Part shown: positions 26,212 through 36,621 of the stretch, in pieces | How the letters are laid out: every line of letters begins with the position of its first letter | Position numbering within the stretch: the stretch's first letter is position 1 | Source of the DNA: Phoronis australis | Lineage: Eukaryota; Animalia; Phoronida | DNA length: 64,000 nt | Assembly: GCA_002633005.1 (NCBI GenBank) | Contig: NMRA01000903.1 | Coordinates: 40,094 to 104,093, forward strand | Direction of reading: 5' to 3' | Notes under the pieces: model-generated | The model's database searches: none | What the model saw: only the letters and a program-made list of their open reading frames with translations | Told to the model about the DNA's origin: nothing | Made by a program: the position numbers and the translations under genes

Positions 26212-26625
26212 AATACCGTGAAAATAAAATCTCCGGATCGAGTAAGAGCTCTTCGGTGCAACAACTCATTCACTATCCCATCATCATGGGCGCGTGATAG
26301 GAGACCCGTAAGGAATCTTAAAAACGCAAAAAGATGCAGTTCGGCGTAACAAAAACAAAAAACAAGTGTGGGCGAAGACTGTAAAAAAGCAGCGTTTACA
26401 AAATGACTACGGCGTTGAAGTTCCGTGTATTCCGTGTCTTTAAAGCAAGTGTTAATACCGTGAAAATAAAATCTCCGGATCGAGTAAGAGCTCTTCGGTG
26501 CAACAACTCTTTCACTATCCCATCATCATGGGTGCGTGATAGGAGACCCGTGAGGAAATTTAAAAACGCAAAAACAAGTGTGGGCGAAGACTGTAAAAAA
26601 GCAGCGTTTACAAAATGACTACGGC
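26212..26625. repeat. Imperfect tandem duplication with ~240-bp period and nested sub-duplications
   Basis: taataccgtgaaaataaaatctccggatcg ... caaaatgactacggcgttg occurs twice. Confidence 0.9.
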
Positions 26626-26794
26626 GTTGTATTGACTGGGAAGCACCCAATCTAATGCCATTTGTTAACGTCTGAGCCAAAAGATCAAATGTAAAGAAAA
26701 CTTTAACGTTTTTTTATCCAAAACTTGTTCCATTGTCCTTAATCCAATGTTCAATAGTACCGCTTGCCTCCAACCTTCGAATTGTGGCGTCAAT

Positions 26795-26980
26795 GAACAC
26801 AACCGATGTGAACTCATGTAATGGAAACACAGTAAAACTAGGTTAATTTATTTGACCCGGTGCCGAGACGAATATACAACTGCACGCAAAGCGGTATCAG
26901 CCTGACAACCTATTACGCAACTGCTACTCTAGCCTGAAAATAGCAGCCGACTAGCGGGTCGGCTGATGGCCAGTCGGCAA
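26795..26980 (+). mobile_element. Right subterminal arm of the CAGCACACATCACG family
   Basis: Collinear match to about 28548-28727 (caaccga.gtgaactcatgt ... ggtcggctgatggccagtcggc). Confidence 0.8.
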
Positions 26981-27332
26981 TAGCGGAGTTGCAACCGAAT
27001 CGATTTAACGATTGCGCATGTCCGGAAATTAGGGTGCGCAAAGGCTACTGGGATTGTTGATGGTAAACGGGATGGCCGACTGGTTTGCACGACGTGTAAT
27101 TTGTGTGCATTAAACTACGCTGTTGTATGTAATTCTGCCGCTATTCGCCCTAATTAGCGCCCATGGCTCAACAAGTGCCCCAACGCGTTTTCAGACTTTG
27201 CTAAAGTAAGCGCCCAGCCCATGAACTACATGCGAAAAATGCCCTTACATACAGTTCTAACGTCTCCAATTTATCAATTGAAAGATCCGACAGCCTGAAT
27301 TTGTAACGGACCNACAAAAATTCGTGATGTGT

Positions 27333-28874
27333 GCATCACGAATTTTTGTCCGACCGGTCGGAAATTGGTCGACGACTGGCCGTAGACCGGTCGTCTAGCG
27401 GACCAGCAGCCGACCAACAACGGTCGTCTAGGAGCCGTCTGCTGAGGTGCCTCTATGGTCGGCACTTGGGTCGGCTAAGTGGTCGCCTAGCGTAGACGAA
27501 CAATTCGGATTAAGCGTGTACTTGGTCGGCAATTACCATTTTATGACTTAGTGGGTGAACTTAGGACAAACAAACATTTAACTGTTCACTGTTCGTTTAC
27601 CAGTGGCAACTCCGGTCTTGACATCGGTTTATCAACTGTTGTTCAACTATTGAATGGAGGTAAAATCGAATCAACCTACAAATACGAAGTGCGTGACATT
27701 ACACCAGCCTAAAACCTTATGTTGAATTAATGACGACGTGGTAAAATCAAACGTTAAGTGATATCGCGGAAGCATAATTTCTAACTTTAGATATGAGACT
27801 TTTTATACAGTACATTATGCATAAAAACAAGCACGAAGTTTGAAATTTACAACAAAATAGCATGAAAATCAGAATACAACATTGGATATGTTACGACCTT
27901 AAACGTTTTCATGCCGCGGAATGCTCAACAAGCAGCACGCATTTGCTCTCATCCGTTATTGCTCTTGATCATCACTTCATCACGCTGTATATTGCGCTTT
28001 ACCACAGATAATTATTGTTCATTTCTGTATAATTTCTTAATATGATGTTACAGTAATAGAACCCGAGTTTATTTTAGTAACAACATAAACATTGGTTTGA
28101 ACAAAGCGCCGATATTAAATCATGGGCTTATGAAAACGGAAGACTGTGATCGGTTTAATTATAGTGTCATCCATCATCCATCATCATTCTGATATTGTTG
28201 TCACTTTCGCAGTAAAAAATTTTCTAAGCTAGAGCCTTTCTATCTAGCCAGCTAGCTGAGTAGACTATTTTCAAAATACAGCAAGGTGCCACTGCGTATT
28301 GAGCTCAAACAGACCTCGAAACTTCACACAGCCCGGATAGTTATGCTTGTCACCTCGTCTGGCTAAAATCAAGTCAAAGTCACGTGTTCGTATTTAAAAT
28401 ACACGGCAATATCTCACGTAATCTCGTGAAGTCTTGCTTTTTAGCGAGGTCCTAGCGTTACTGAACGGGAGGCTGGTGTGTCAAGAATGATGCGTTCTGA
28501 TTGGTCAAATAAGCCGTCACTCAAAATCCTGGCGATAGGTCAATTACACAACCGACGTGAACTCATGTCACCGATACAACAAAACTAGGTTAATTTATTT
28601 GACCCTGTGCTAAGAAAAACATGCATCGACACGCAAAGTGGTATGAGCCTGACAACTTATTACGCAACTGCTATTCTAGCCTAAAAATAGCAGCCGAGCA
28701 GCTGGTCGGCTGATGGCCAGTCGGCTCAAGGGTCGGCTGAAGGGTCGGCTGGGGAGTCGCCTTATAAGTCGGCACTGCGGGCAGCCTCCGGTCGGTTAAT
28801 TTTTAGCCGACCGGTCGACGGCCAGTCGTCGACCAATTTCCGACCGGGCGGACAAAAATTCGTGACGTGTGCTG
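27333..28874 (+). mobile_element. ~1.5-kb non-autonomous TIR element (CAG...CTG|TA, Tc1/pogo-like ends)
   Basis: About 60-bp TIRs: catcacgaatttttgtccgaccggtcggaaattggtcgacgactggccgt and acggccagtcgtcgaccaatttccgaccgggcggacaaaaattcgtgacgtgtgctg|ta. No coding capacity. Confidence 0.85.
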
Positions 28875-31800
28875 TATCTACATGCGAATCTGCTCTAGAT
28901 AAATCTGGTGGTTAAAACAGAAAGAGGCGTGAGAATGTGATCTGAAATAGCGGATTGTGAGCGTGCTATCGTTGTCACGGAAATAGTTCCAATCATGCTT
29001 GTCAATTCTGGTGTAAGGAAACACTATTCGGTCACCGTGGTAATAGTTAAATGTTTGTCCACTTTCGTATCAGGAAAATTTGTGCTGTAGTGAAATGTTG
29101 TAAAGTATTGTGCATTTTAAGTTACGTATGGTAAAAGATTGAATCATTTTGGCTTCCTTCGTATTCATTGCTTAATGAATAAAAAATGATAACATTTTGA
29201 ATTGGACTTGTCATACTTATGTGCTCGAACGAGCCTCCTATTTGGGGAAATGGAAAAAGGTCCGCCTCTGCCAGGAACCATGAACTCCGAAAAAAGTAGA
29301 AAACGAGACAATATTCCACTAGAAGACAGGAAGTGTCAAAATTTAGCGTCTGCAATCCATAGCTCTGAACATCCCCAGTGAATCTTATACGATGTAGTAA
29401 GGTCTGCCTCAGTCAGAGAAGCACGAATAAATATCATTTGGGCGAGCGCTGTGGCCAGGGACCAGGTAGTCTTGGCACAAAGCTCTATAGGCCTACTAAC
29501 AAGCTGTATTTTGACGATAGTCTTCATACTTGTACCTGGCAGTGAGGCTAGCTAACCCTGAGGGCTGCCGCGGCAGTGTGACACAGGACTAACCAGCCCG
29601 TAATTTTATGCAAGTATCTGAAACTATGTTTGAATACATACGGCATTTATGGTTTGAACATATTACTTTGAAAAAACAGCTTGCAACCGCATGCCTTTAT
29701 CGTTTGCCAGTGTCTGCTCTCGGTCCGCACCGTGTCCGATCGGCTTCGGTTCCGAGTCCGGTAAAATAATTTCTGTGAAACTTTATTCGCCACATTTTTT
29801 CAGAAAATTCAATAAAGTTATCCGTATATTGATTTAATTAATATTAAGGCTCTCTGTCGATTATTTTATCCCCGTTTGCAGGCTGGTAACAGGCACTGCT
29901 CCAGTCGCACTGACGGTGTTTTCTTAGCCTGGGTTCCTGAATGAATTGTACTTTCGGGTTCGCGGTAAATGGTGATCTGTTCTTCGGGTCGGAATCGTGA
30001 GTGGCGCGTTTTTATAAGCTTTGTTCTATTACGGATTGTGTATTAGTTATGGGGTAGGTACTTCTTGGATCCTTATAACATCCTCTAACCATGTAGCAAG
30101 GGTTAACAACGTGTGCTTCTTGGACTTTAAGGTGAATTTGGCGAAGAAATCCAACTCCACTTTTTGGTCACCGTTAACTTTTTCACCACGCGCGCGATAA
30201 CCACAAAGTAGGCAGGCTAGCGCGAGACTGAGCGAAGCGCTTGATGCTGACGCCATTTGGGTGGCGCGTGACACTTGCAAAAAAAGTGTGGGAAGGTATC
30301 ATGTGAAATTTGTAAGATTTTATGTCAACATTAGTGATTTCACGTAACTTCCTCAAAATGGCAACCCAAAGAGAAAGTCGAGCAAACCGCGACAGATTTT
30401 CAACGATTTCTTCAAATTATCTTGACTGGATCTTCTCCAGCCTTATGTTATGTGTTAATTATAGATCCATGTGCATATATGCATGTTTCATTTAATTTTA
30501 TTTCCTGTATTTTGAAATTCGTAACTTTTTGTGGGGATGCACTACCTCCCCTGTATTCCTGCGGCATCCAGGGCGATGTAATTGCCTACCGGCTGCCTAG
30601 TGTTGAATACAAATTAATTATGACACTGGAATCATGAGCTTCAAGTTGAAGCAAAAGTTTTTTTGTTGCAATACAGCCCAGCTCTTACCCAAACAAGACA
30701 TGCAGTTGAGTGAAGTACCTAGGCCTATCTTGTGTAGCTTTGAGTTAGAGACTTAGAATGTAACCAGAACCAAACCCAACGAGATAAGGGTAACGTGGCC
30801 ATGTTTTTGTTGTGGTTGAACTTGGAATGTTGCTGAATTTCAAAACTTGGTACCTCATCCGCGGACAATGTACGTTCACAAGATACATGCAGATCTACAG
30901 TAGATGTGTACAACTGACAAATTTTTACACCGCAGGTACGCACTGATTTTCAATAAATTGGTCCATTAGAGGAAAATGTTAAACTTTTCTATTTTTGTGT
31001 GTGCCACCATGATGCTAAAGGGAAAGGGTTGGAGTTAACTTAGAATATTGGTTTATTACCCTCATAGTGGAGGGGCTAAGCAATACAGTAAAGGCATAGG
31101 AACCATTTGATGGTTGAAGGACAGGGAGCAATCTACTCACTTTTTAATTTTATTTTAAAATATAGTTCACGTGTCGAAACTTAATAATGAATCATTGGTT
31201 AATCGACATTTATTGACACCCGTCATATTGAGGGTGGAAACCTGTCTCTGCCCCTCAACATTTTGGCTACTCGGCGCTCCGAGCATCAGGGAAAGAAATA
31301 TTATGAAACCAAACAAAACATTGGCTTACTATGCAAGTATCAAATTGGCACAATAAATCAAATGCATAAATTCCATTGTTCATTCCAGTAAGAATAAAAT
31401 TTGTTAAAGGAAAAGGGAATGCTCAAAATTGTGTCAGTCCATGGGGTGCATCACTGGACAACAATAATTTGTCTTTCAAACAAGATATTTTGCACAACAA
31501 TGAGACAACTTTCAACAAGCTGATCAGTAAGTGATATTTTGCAAAATTTAATGCATGTTTTGTCGCCTTGTGTGGCATTTTATCATCACAGGCAGGGCTC
31601 TGGCTGCAAAAGCACATTGAGCCCTCAAAATAGCTAACACTTGAAGTTGATAGAATTCACAAAATTTTGCTTCAGGTTTTTATTAAAGCTCGTGGTCCAT
31701 TGTGTGGAAAGTCTTATTTGACTTGAAGACATTGGCTTTGATTTACGTGACGATTCATGTTCTGTCATGTGATTGGAAGGGCCCAACCCGAAGGCGACTG

Positions 31801-32050
31801 AAGAACAAAGATGTTTGTATTATGATAGGGAGCCTCACCTAAAGCCAGTCAAAAAGCAGACCAATTATGCAATTTTACGGGACCCCACGAGAAAATGGTT
31901 GAACATTGTTACCTCTTGTAATAGTCAGGGGCCGTGACCAAAGGCAGTCAAACAGTGGCGCCCCTATACTAATGCTGGATATCCTAATAATGTAACGCAA
32001 TTTACTCTTCGGCGGCCTATAGACTCTGTGGTCCCCTTCAAGTGGGCTGC

Positions 32051-32453
32051 CTATGTTAAACTTAACGACCTCGCTCATCAGGCGGGGTCACTAATATTAA
32101 TACATGTATAGAAGGCCTCGCCGGAAGACGACCAGAGAGCGGGGCCCATATTGGGCCGCAATCCCCACCCGCCTTCCGGCGAGGCCACCTATGTTAATAT
32201 AGAAGCCCCGCTTCTCGACCACCCTTCGGCGAGACCTTCTATAATAATATAGCAGGCCTCGCCAAAAGGCGGATGGAAAGCCGTGACTCCTGTATTAATA
32301 TAGACGACCCCGCTCTCTGCCTGGCTTTTGGCAGGCACATCTGTATTTACATAGCCTGCCCCGCTTTTTGACCGTCTTTCGGCGAGGCCTTCTATAATGA
32401 TATAGGGGCCTCGCCTAAAGAAGGTCGGAGAGCAGGGTGTCTATATTAATATA
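32051..32453. repeat. Array of 14-bp palindromes (consensus CTATATTAATATAG) alternating with ~37-bp GC-rich units in mixed orientation
   Basis: Palindrome variants at 32189, 32239, 32290, 32341, 32392 and 32441, with degenerate ones at 32051 and 32091. Units resemble AGGCCTCGCCGAAAG...GAGAGCGGGG or its reverse complement. Confidence 0.85.
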
Positions 32454-32479
32454 CATGTAGATAGCCCCGATTTCCGGCT

Positions 32480-32544
32480 ATAAGTGCTCACCGCAGAGGC
32501 GACTCAGCAGACGACTCCTAGCAAAAAAATCGTGATGTGTGCAG
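32480..32544 (-). mobile_element. Deleted left-end fragment of the CAGCACACATCACG family
   Basis: ccgcagaggcgactcagcagacgactcctagca is the near reverse complement of 11945-11977. It ends aaatcgtgatgtgtgcag|ta. Confidence 0.7.
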
Positions 32545-32997
32545 TATATGTATATTTATATTTATAAGGGTGGACCAATTCCGAAAATGTTTCTCTAGAT
32601 TAGCTCTCACTGCTAAGTATTGGTTCTGTGGAAACCTCCTAATTCACATAGGTATGCCTATTTTCAAGCAGCAAAATCAATGTATTTCCAGTTGAGAAAA
32701 TTTAAATTTGAAGCTGTGCACTGAATGACCTAAGTCAAAAGTCGTTTGGTAATGGAAGGCGTTTTCGCCGCTTTGAATAATTAGCAAATGTTTGCAAAAC
32801 CAAAGACTTTTAAACGTTGACATTTCGAGTACTGGTTTTGACAGCTAGGCGGCTCCTGCCATCGCATTTTGATCTATTGCACTTCTAATATTTTCAGGAT
32901 TTGTATGCCAACTGAGAGTTAAAGCTGACGAAGTAGAAAAAAGGGTTTCTCCTACCCAACCAAAAGAGCCCTTGCTACCGTGCGTTAAGCAGCCGTC

Positions 32998-34173
32998 ATG
33001 CATTTGCGCACGCTTTCCAAAGTAAAGATTTTAGCAATTGCCATGGTTGTATCTTTAAATTTCTTTTTTCTGCGACGCGCCTGGAACAGTGACACCGAGT
33101 ATATAAAATGGAAAAAATTCGTACCCAAAATTGTCTTTGGAGTGACTCCAGAAGTGAAAAGTGTTGAAAACCGCAATGTTTTTTCCGGCACTTCAAAAAC
33201 ATCCGCCTCGAATATGTACCAGTTGGCCATTTCGCCCGTGAAAGATGTGAAAGTTAGGCCTACACGCTCCTCAATTATGCGAACGGACCGAATACCAATT
33301 GGTCCCTTTCAACAGTTCTATCCTTTGGATGTCAATCTCCCTGAAATCGTTGTCAAGATCCGACGGGGAGAAAATGTAGATGTCCTTGCCATAAACCAAT
33401 TTAACCATTCGACGGTCATTGGAAGTCTATGCACAGATGAACTACAAGTGGTGTATGTTATTAAAAGCCATCCTCGAAAAATAGGCTCCAGGATGGCAAT
33501 TAGGCGTACCTGGGGGAACGAATCAATGTTGCTCCAAACGTCTAAAAGACTATTCGTTCTGGGAACAAGTCCAGATGAGGGCATACAGGCAGATTTACAT
33601 GCGGAAAACAAACTCTATAAGGACCTAATACAAGGAAATTTCTCAGACATTTATTTAAACACGGGTACAAAGATGGAATTTGCAATTCATTGGGCAGTTA
33701 GATACTGCAGTGGGGTAAATTACTTTGTTTTTCTTGACGATGACGTGCTGCTCAATCCGACGGCTATGGCGAATTTATTGAAATCGAAGCAAGTGAGTCA
33801 GACGAGAAGACTTTATCTTGGATGGTTTAAAGGAAATCATAAACCTTTCCGAAACAAAAACAGCAAATGGTACGTGTCATTCGAGGAGTACCCCCTGTTG
33901 GAATACCCGCCTTTAGCACCTGCTGCCACCTATGTCCTAAACCAGGAACTAGCAAGGGATGTTGATATTGCCATGAGATTTGTAAAGAAAATTAGATTTG
34001 ACGATGTTTATTTGAGTCTAGTAATTCGGAAATTAGGAGTTCCGCCATTTCATACAAATCTCATTGTCCCAGGTCCTAATGAACTTTTAAACGCCACTTG
34101 TATAGTGAAGTGGGGGGAATTTTCCCCCGAAGGACTTACACAGGCTTGGGAAAAGTTCCAAGGTTCCGTGTGA
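32998..34173 (+). CDS. GT31-family beta-1,3-glycosyltransferase (brainiac/B3GALT-like), 391-aa type II membrane protein, single coding exon
   Basis: N-terminal signal anchor ILAIAMVVSLNFFFL. Motifs IKS..RMAIRRTWG, LFVLG, DLIQGNFSDIYLN, DDD, PFRNKNSKWYVSFEEYP..YPP and RFDDVYL. Splice acceptor ttttcag at 32891-32897 upstream and AATAAA near 34287. Confidence 0.95.
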   Translation: MHLRTLSKVKILAIAMVVSLNFFFLRRAWNSDTEYIKWKKFVPKIVFGVTPEVKSVENRNVFSGTSKTSASNMYQLAISPVKDVKVRPTRSSIMRTDRIPIGPFQQFYPLDVNLPEIVVKIRRGENVDVLAINQFNHSTVIGSLCTDELQVVYVIKSHPRKIGSRMAIRRTWGNESMLLQTSKRLFVLGTSPDEGIQADLHAENKLYKDLIQGNFSDIYLNTGTKMEFAIHWAVRYCSGVNYFVFLDDDVLLNPTAMANLLKSKQVSQTRRLYLGWFKGNHKPFRNKNSKWYVSFEEYPLLEYPPLAPAATYVLNQELARDVDIAMRFVKKIRFDDVYLSLVIRKLGVPPFHTNLIVPGPNELLNATCIVKWGEFSPEGLTQAWEKFQGSV

Positions 34174-36516
34174 GCAAGTAACTGGAAAACCAGACTATTG
34201 TAATCAAATCTGCGATATAATATACATTCAGGAAACTCAGTGTTGCTATAAAAAGCTAGGGAATGGAAGATGTTTGACAAAAACAAATAAACGAATGTTA
34301 AAACAAAAGTGAAAAGTGTGATTAACAACTGAATTGCTTATACAGGACTGTTACTGGGCTCTTACTGTGAACACAAACTCATTGAGTTACGCCGACTTCA
34401 CTGGCCAAGCTAATTAATTATGCCTATCAGGTTTTTATTGACAAATCCTTAAGGGGCTGCTCACAAAGAGAGGGCCCAATGTTCGAATCGATTACTTCTA
34501 TTTTCATTTTGTGTAAAATCGTGCAACCGGTATTCCTGTTGAGGAAGGCTACTTCTTGCAGGGTGACATGACGATGGAATGAACTGTCACTCTTAATGTT
34601 GTTAAGCCTTTCATGTTAGGGTGTCCAATTTCAAACGGGACCCTCTCTCTGTGGTGCGGTTTGGGGAATTGCCCCTTTGTCCGTCTGTATGTAAATCCGA
34701 CACTGCCAAGAACATGTATTTACGAGAGGAAGATAAGATTCCAAATTGATCACAAAACGCAAAAAACTCGTGCACAGTAATGCAGTATCAAGTCATTCGA
34801 TCCAAACAACTAAAAATGTTAAAAACACAATTGGATTGACCGCCATAGTGAGGGTTAGGTATAAAATAATGTTACTTTTTCCCATAGTATCGGAAGAATA
34901 GTACTTCTTTTGAAAATCGTTGCTATGAGTTCAGTGTTTGTAAGGAATTCGCACATGCCAAAAAGATTGTCGAGGCTACTATTTATAACAAAACGAGGTA
35001 CTGAAAGTACTAGAAACCATAAACAAAGATTTCAGCTGTTTTGGAGTTCAAGTTTAAGTCTTGCACCTTTATAGGTACCTCTGAAATGAGCAAAAAATAC
35101 ACCTTAATACGAAAGTCTCATCTTCCATGTTCCCCGTGTTACCCGTCAAAAATCTGCGAGCATTCCTGCGGAAATTCCTAAATTAGAACATTCCGTTTTG
35201 ATAAAAAAGATCGTTGATTTCTGATTTACATGTTAGAATTGATGATGCTTTGATGAATTTAGTTACAGCCTGAATTTGTAAACCCTCTATAATCCGATCC
35301 CCAAATAATACAGTACACTTAGGCGATTTTTGTATATCCAAAATAATTCTCAAAGACGTTGATGAAATTCGGACAGTTCCCGAAAATAAACTCACAATTC
35401 AATTGGCAATAAATGGTACAGTATTGCTTTTTAAGTTAGGTACAAAATTTGTCGTTTGAGCTCACAAACTGGAGATCAAATAGAAATTAAGTCATTAAAT
35501 GAAGGTAAAAAAGTGTTGGTTTCTGATTTACGTATTTATGTACCTACATGTACGATTAATCGATGTTTTTTTTTACAATTAGAAAACTAAGTCTGTCAAC
35601 AATGAAAAGTGTCATGCGTTCAATCAATTCTATATATCCGAAAACTTGCTCCAGATGTACAGCCAGAAAACTAATCGTCTAAGAAAATACGATGTTTCAC
35701 TGAACTTAGTGGTAGGCGGACCTTGGGAAAATTTGATTTGTCATTAGACCGCCAAATAGCAAAGTACACAAAAAGATATACAGTGTATGTCTATCTCAAA
35801 TAAGTCTCAAGGATGTTGTTGAATGCCGGTCAGCTCTACAAAGTATCCCAAAATGCCCTCCTATTATATTTACTGTTTTTCTTGTTGAGGTCCCTTTTGG
35901 AAAGCAGTGCTATCACTGAAGAGGCCACCCTCATTTTAAATGTCACAATAATAAATAAACAATTCAAATGCCAATAAATTGTTTATTGACTTAGGCAATG
36001 GATTAGTGGTATAAATTCATAAACCGTAGATCGAAAAGAAGTTAAAATCTTTCAATAAATCAAGTTGGTCATTGACTTGGAAAGGTGATTTTTGTTTCCA
36101 GTGGTACTGTGCAATGAATTTTCTTCTCCAAAACTGGATCGTTTGCTTGCCATTCCCGTGAACATTACAAAAAAACGGAGCACGTCATGACCGACGCAGC
36201 CACGTTAAGAATAAGGTGTAACCTTGCAGTAAGCCCGCGCAGAATTTGTGATCCACGGGAACTGAATTTGAACTCAAGACATTGAAGTGGGACACACTCA
36301 TTACCATTTCCCCCAGCCACCAGAAACTGGACTACTGGCCGTTTTTCAACAAGAGATTTTGAAACAGCCTCAAAAGCACTATACGAGGGACCTGGGGACG
36401 TCATCTTTTCAAGACATTCCTTCCAAAAATGTTCAAAATAAAATGAACATTTCCCGAAACTGGATCGTACCTAATCTTGACCTTAGAGCCAACACAACCA
36501 TTTCCCTACGCACTTA

Positions 36517-36621
36517 CTGTTTTATTTTTCTGCGGCAGCCAAGGGGGGGNACTGTTTTATTTTTTGCGGCAGCCAAGGGGGGGGGGGCGGGCCCCCTGGG
36601 ACCCCCCTAAATCCGCCTTTG
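36517..36621 (-). repeat. End of a GGCGGATTT-type MITE, related to 62305-62375
   Basis: ctgttttattttttgcggcagccaagggg...ccccctaaatccgcct is the approximate reverse complement of 62308-62375. Confidence 0.65.

Noticed and set aside
32051-32453. CRISPR array
   Set aside because: The spacers are homologous to one another, the repeat is only 14 bp, there are no cas genes and the context is eukaryotic. Kept only as an unusual repeat.
32985-34328. Minus-strand ORFs overlapping the glycosyltransferase
   Set aside because: They are antisense shadows of a real CDS with no motifs of their own.
36517-36590. Short tandem duplication at a G-run
   Set aside because: It flanks a single N at 36550 and is probably an assembly artefact.
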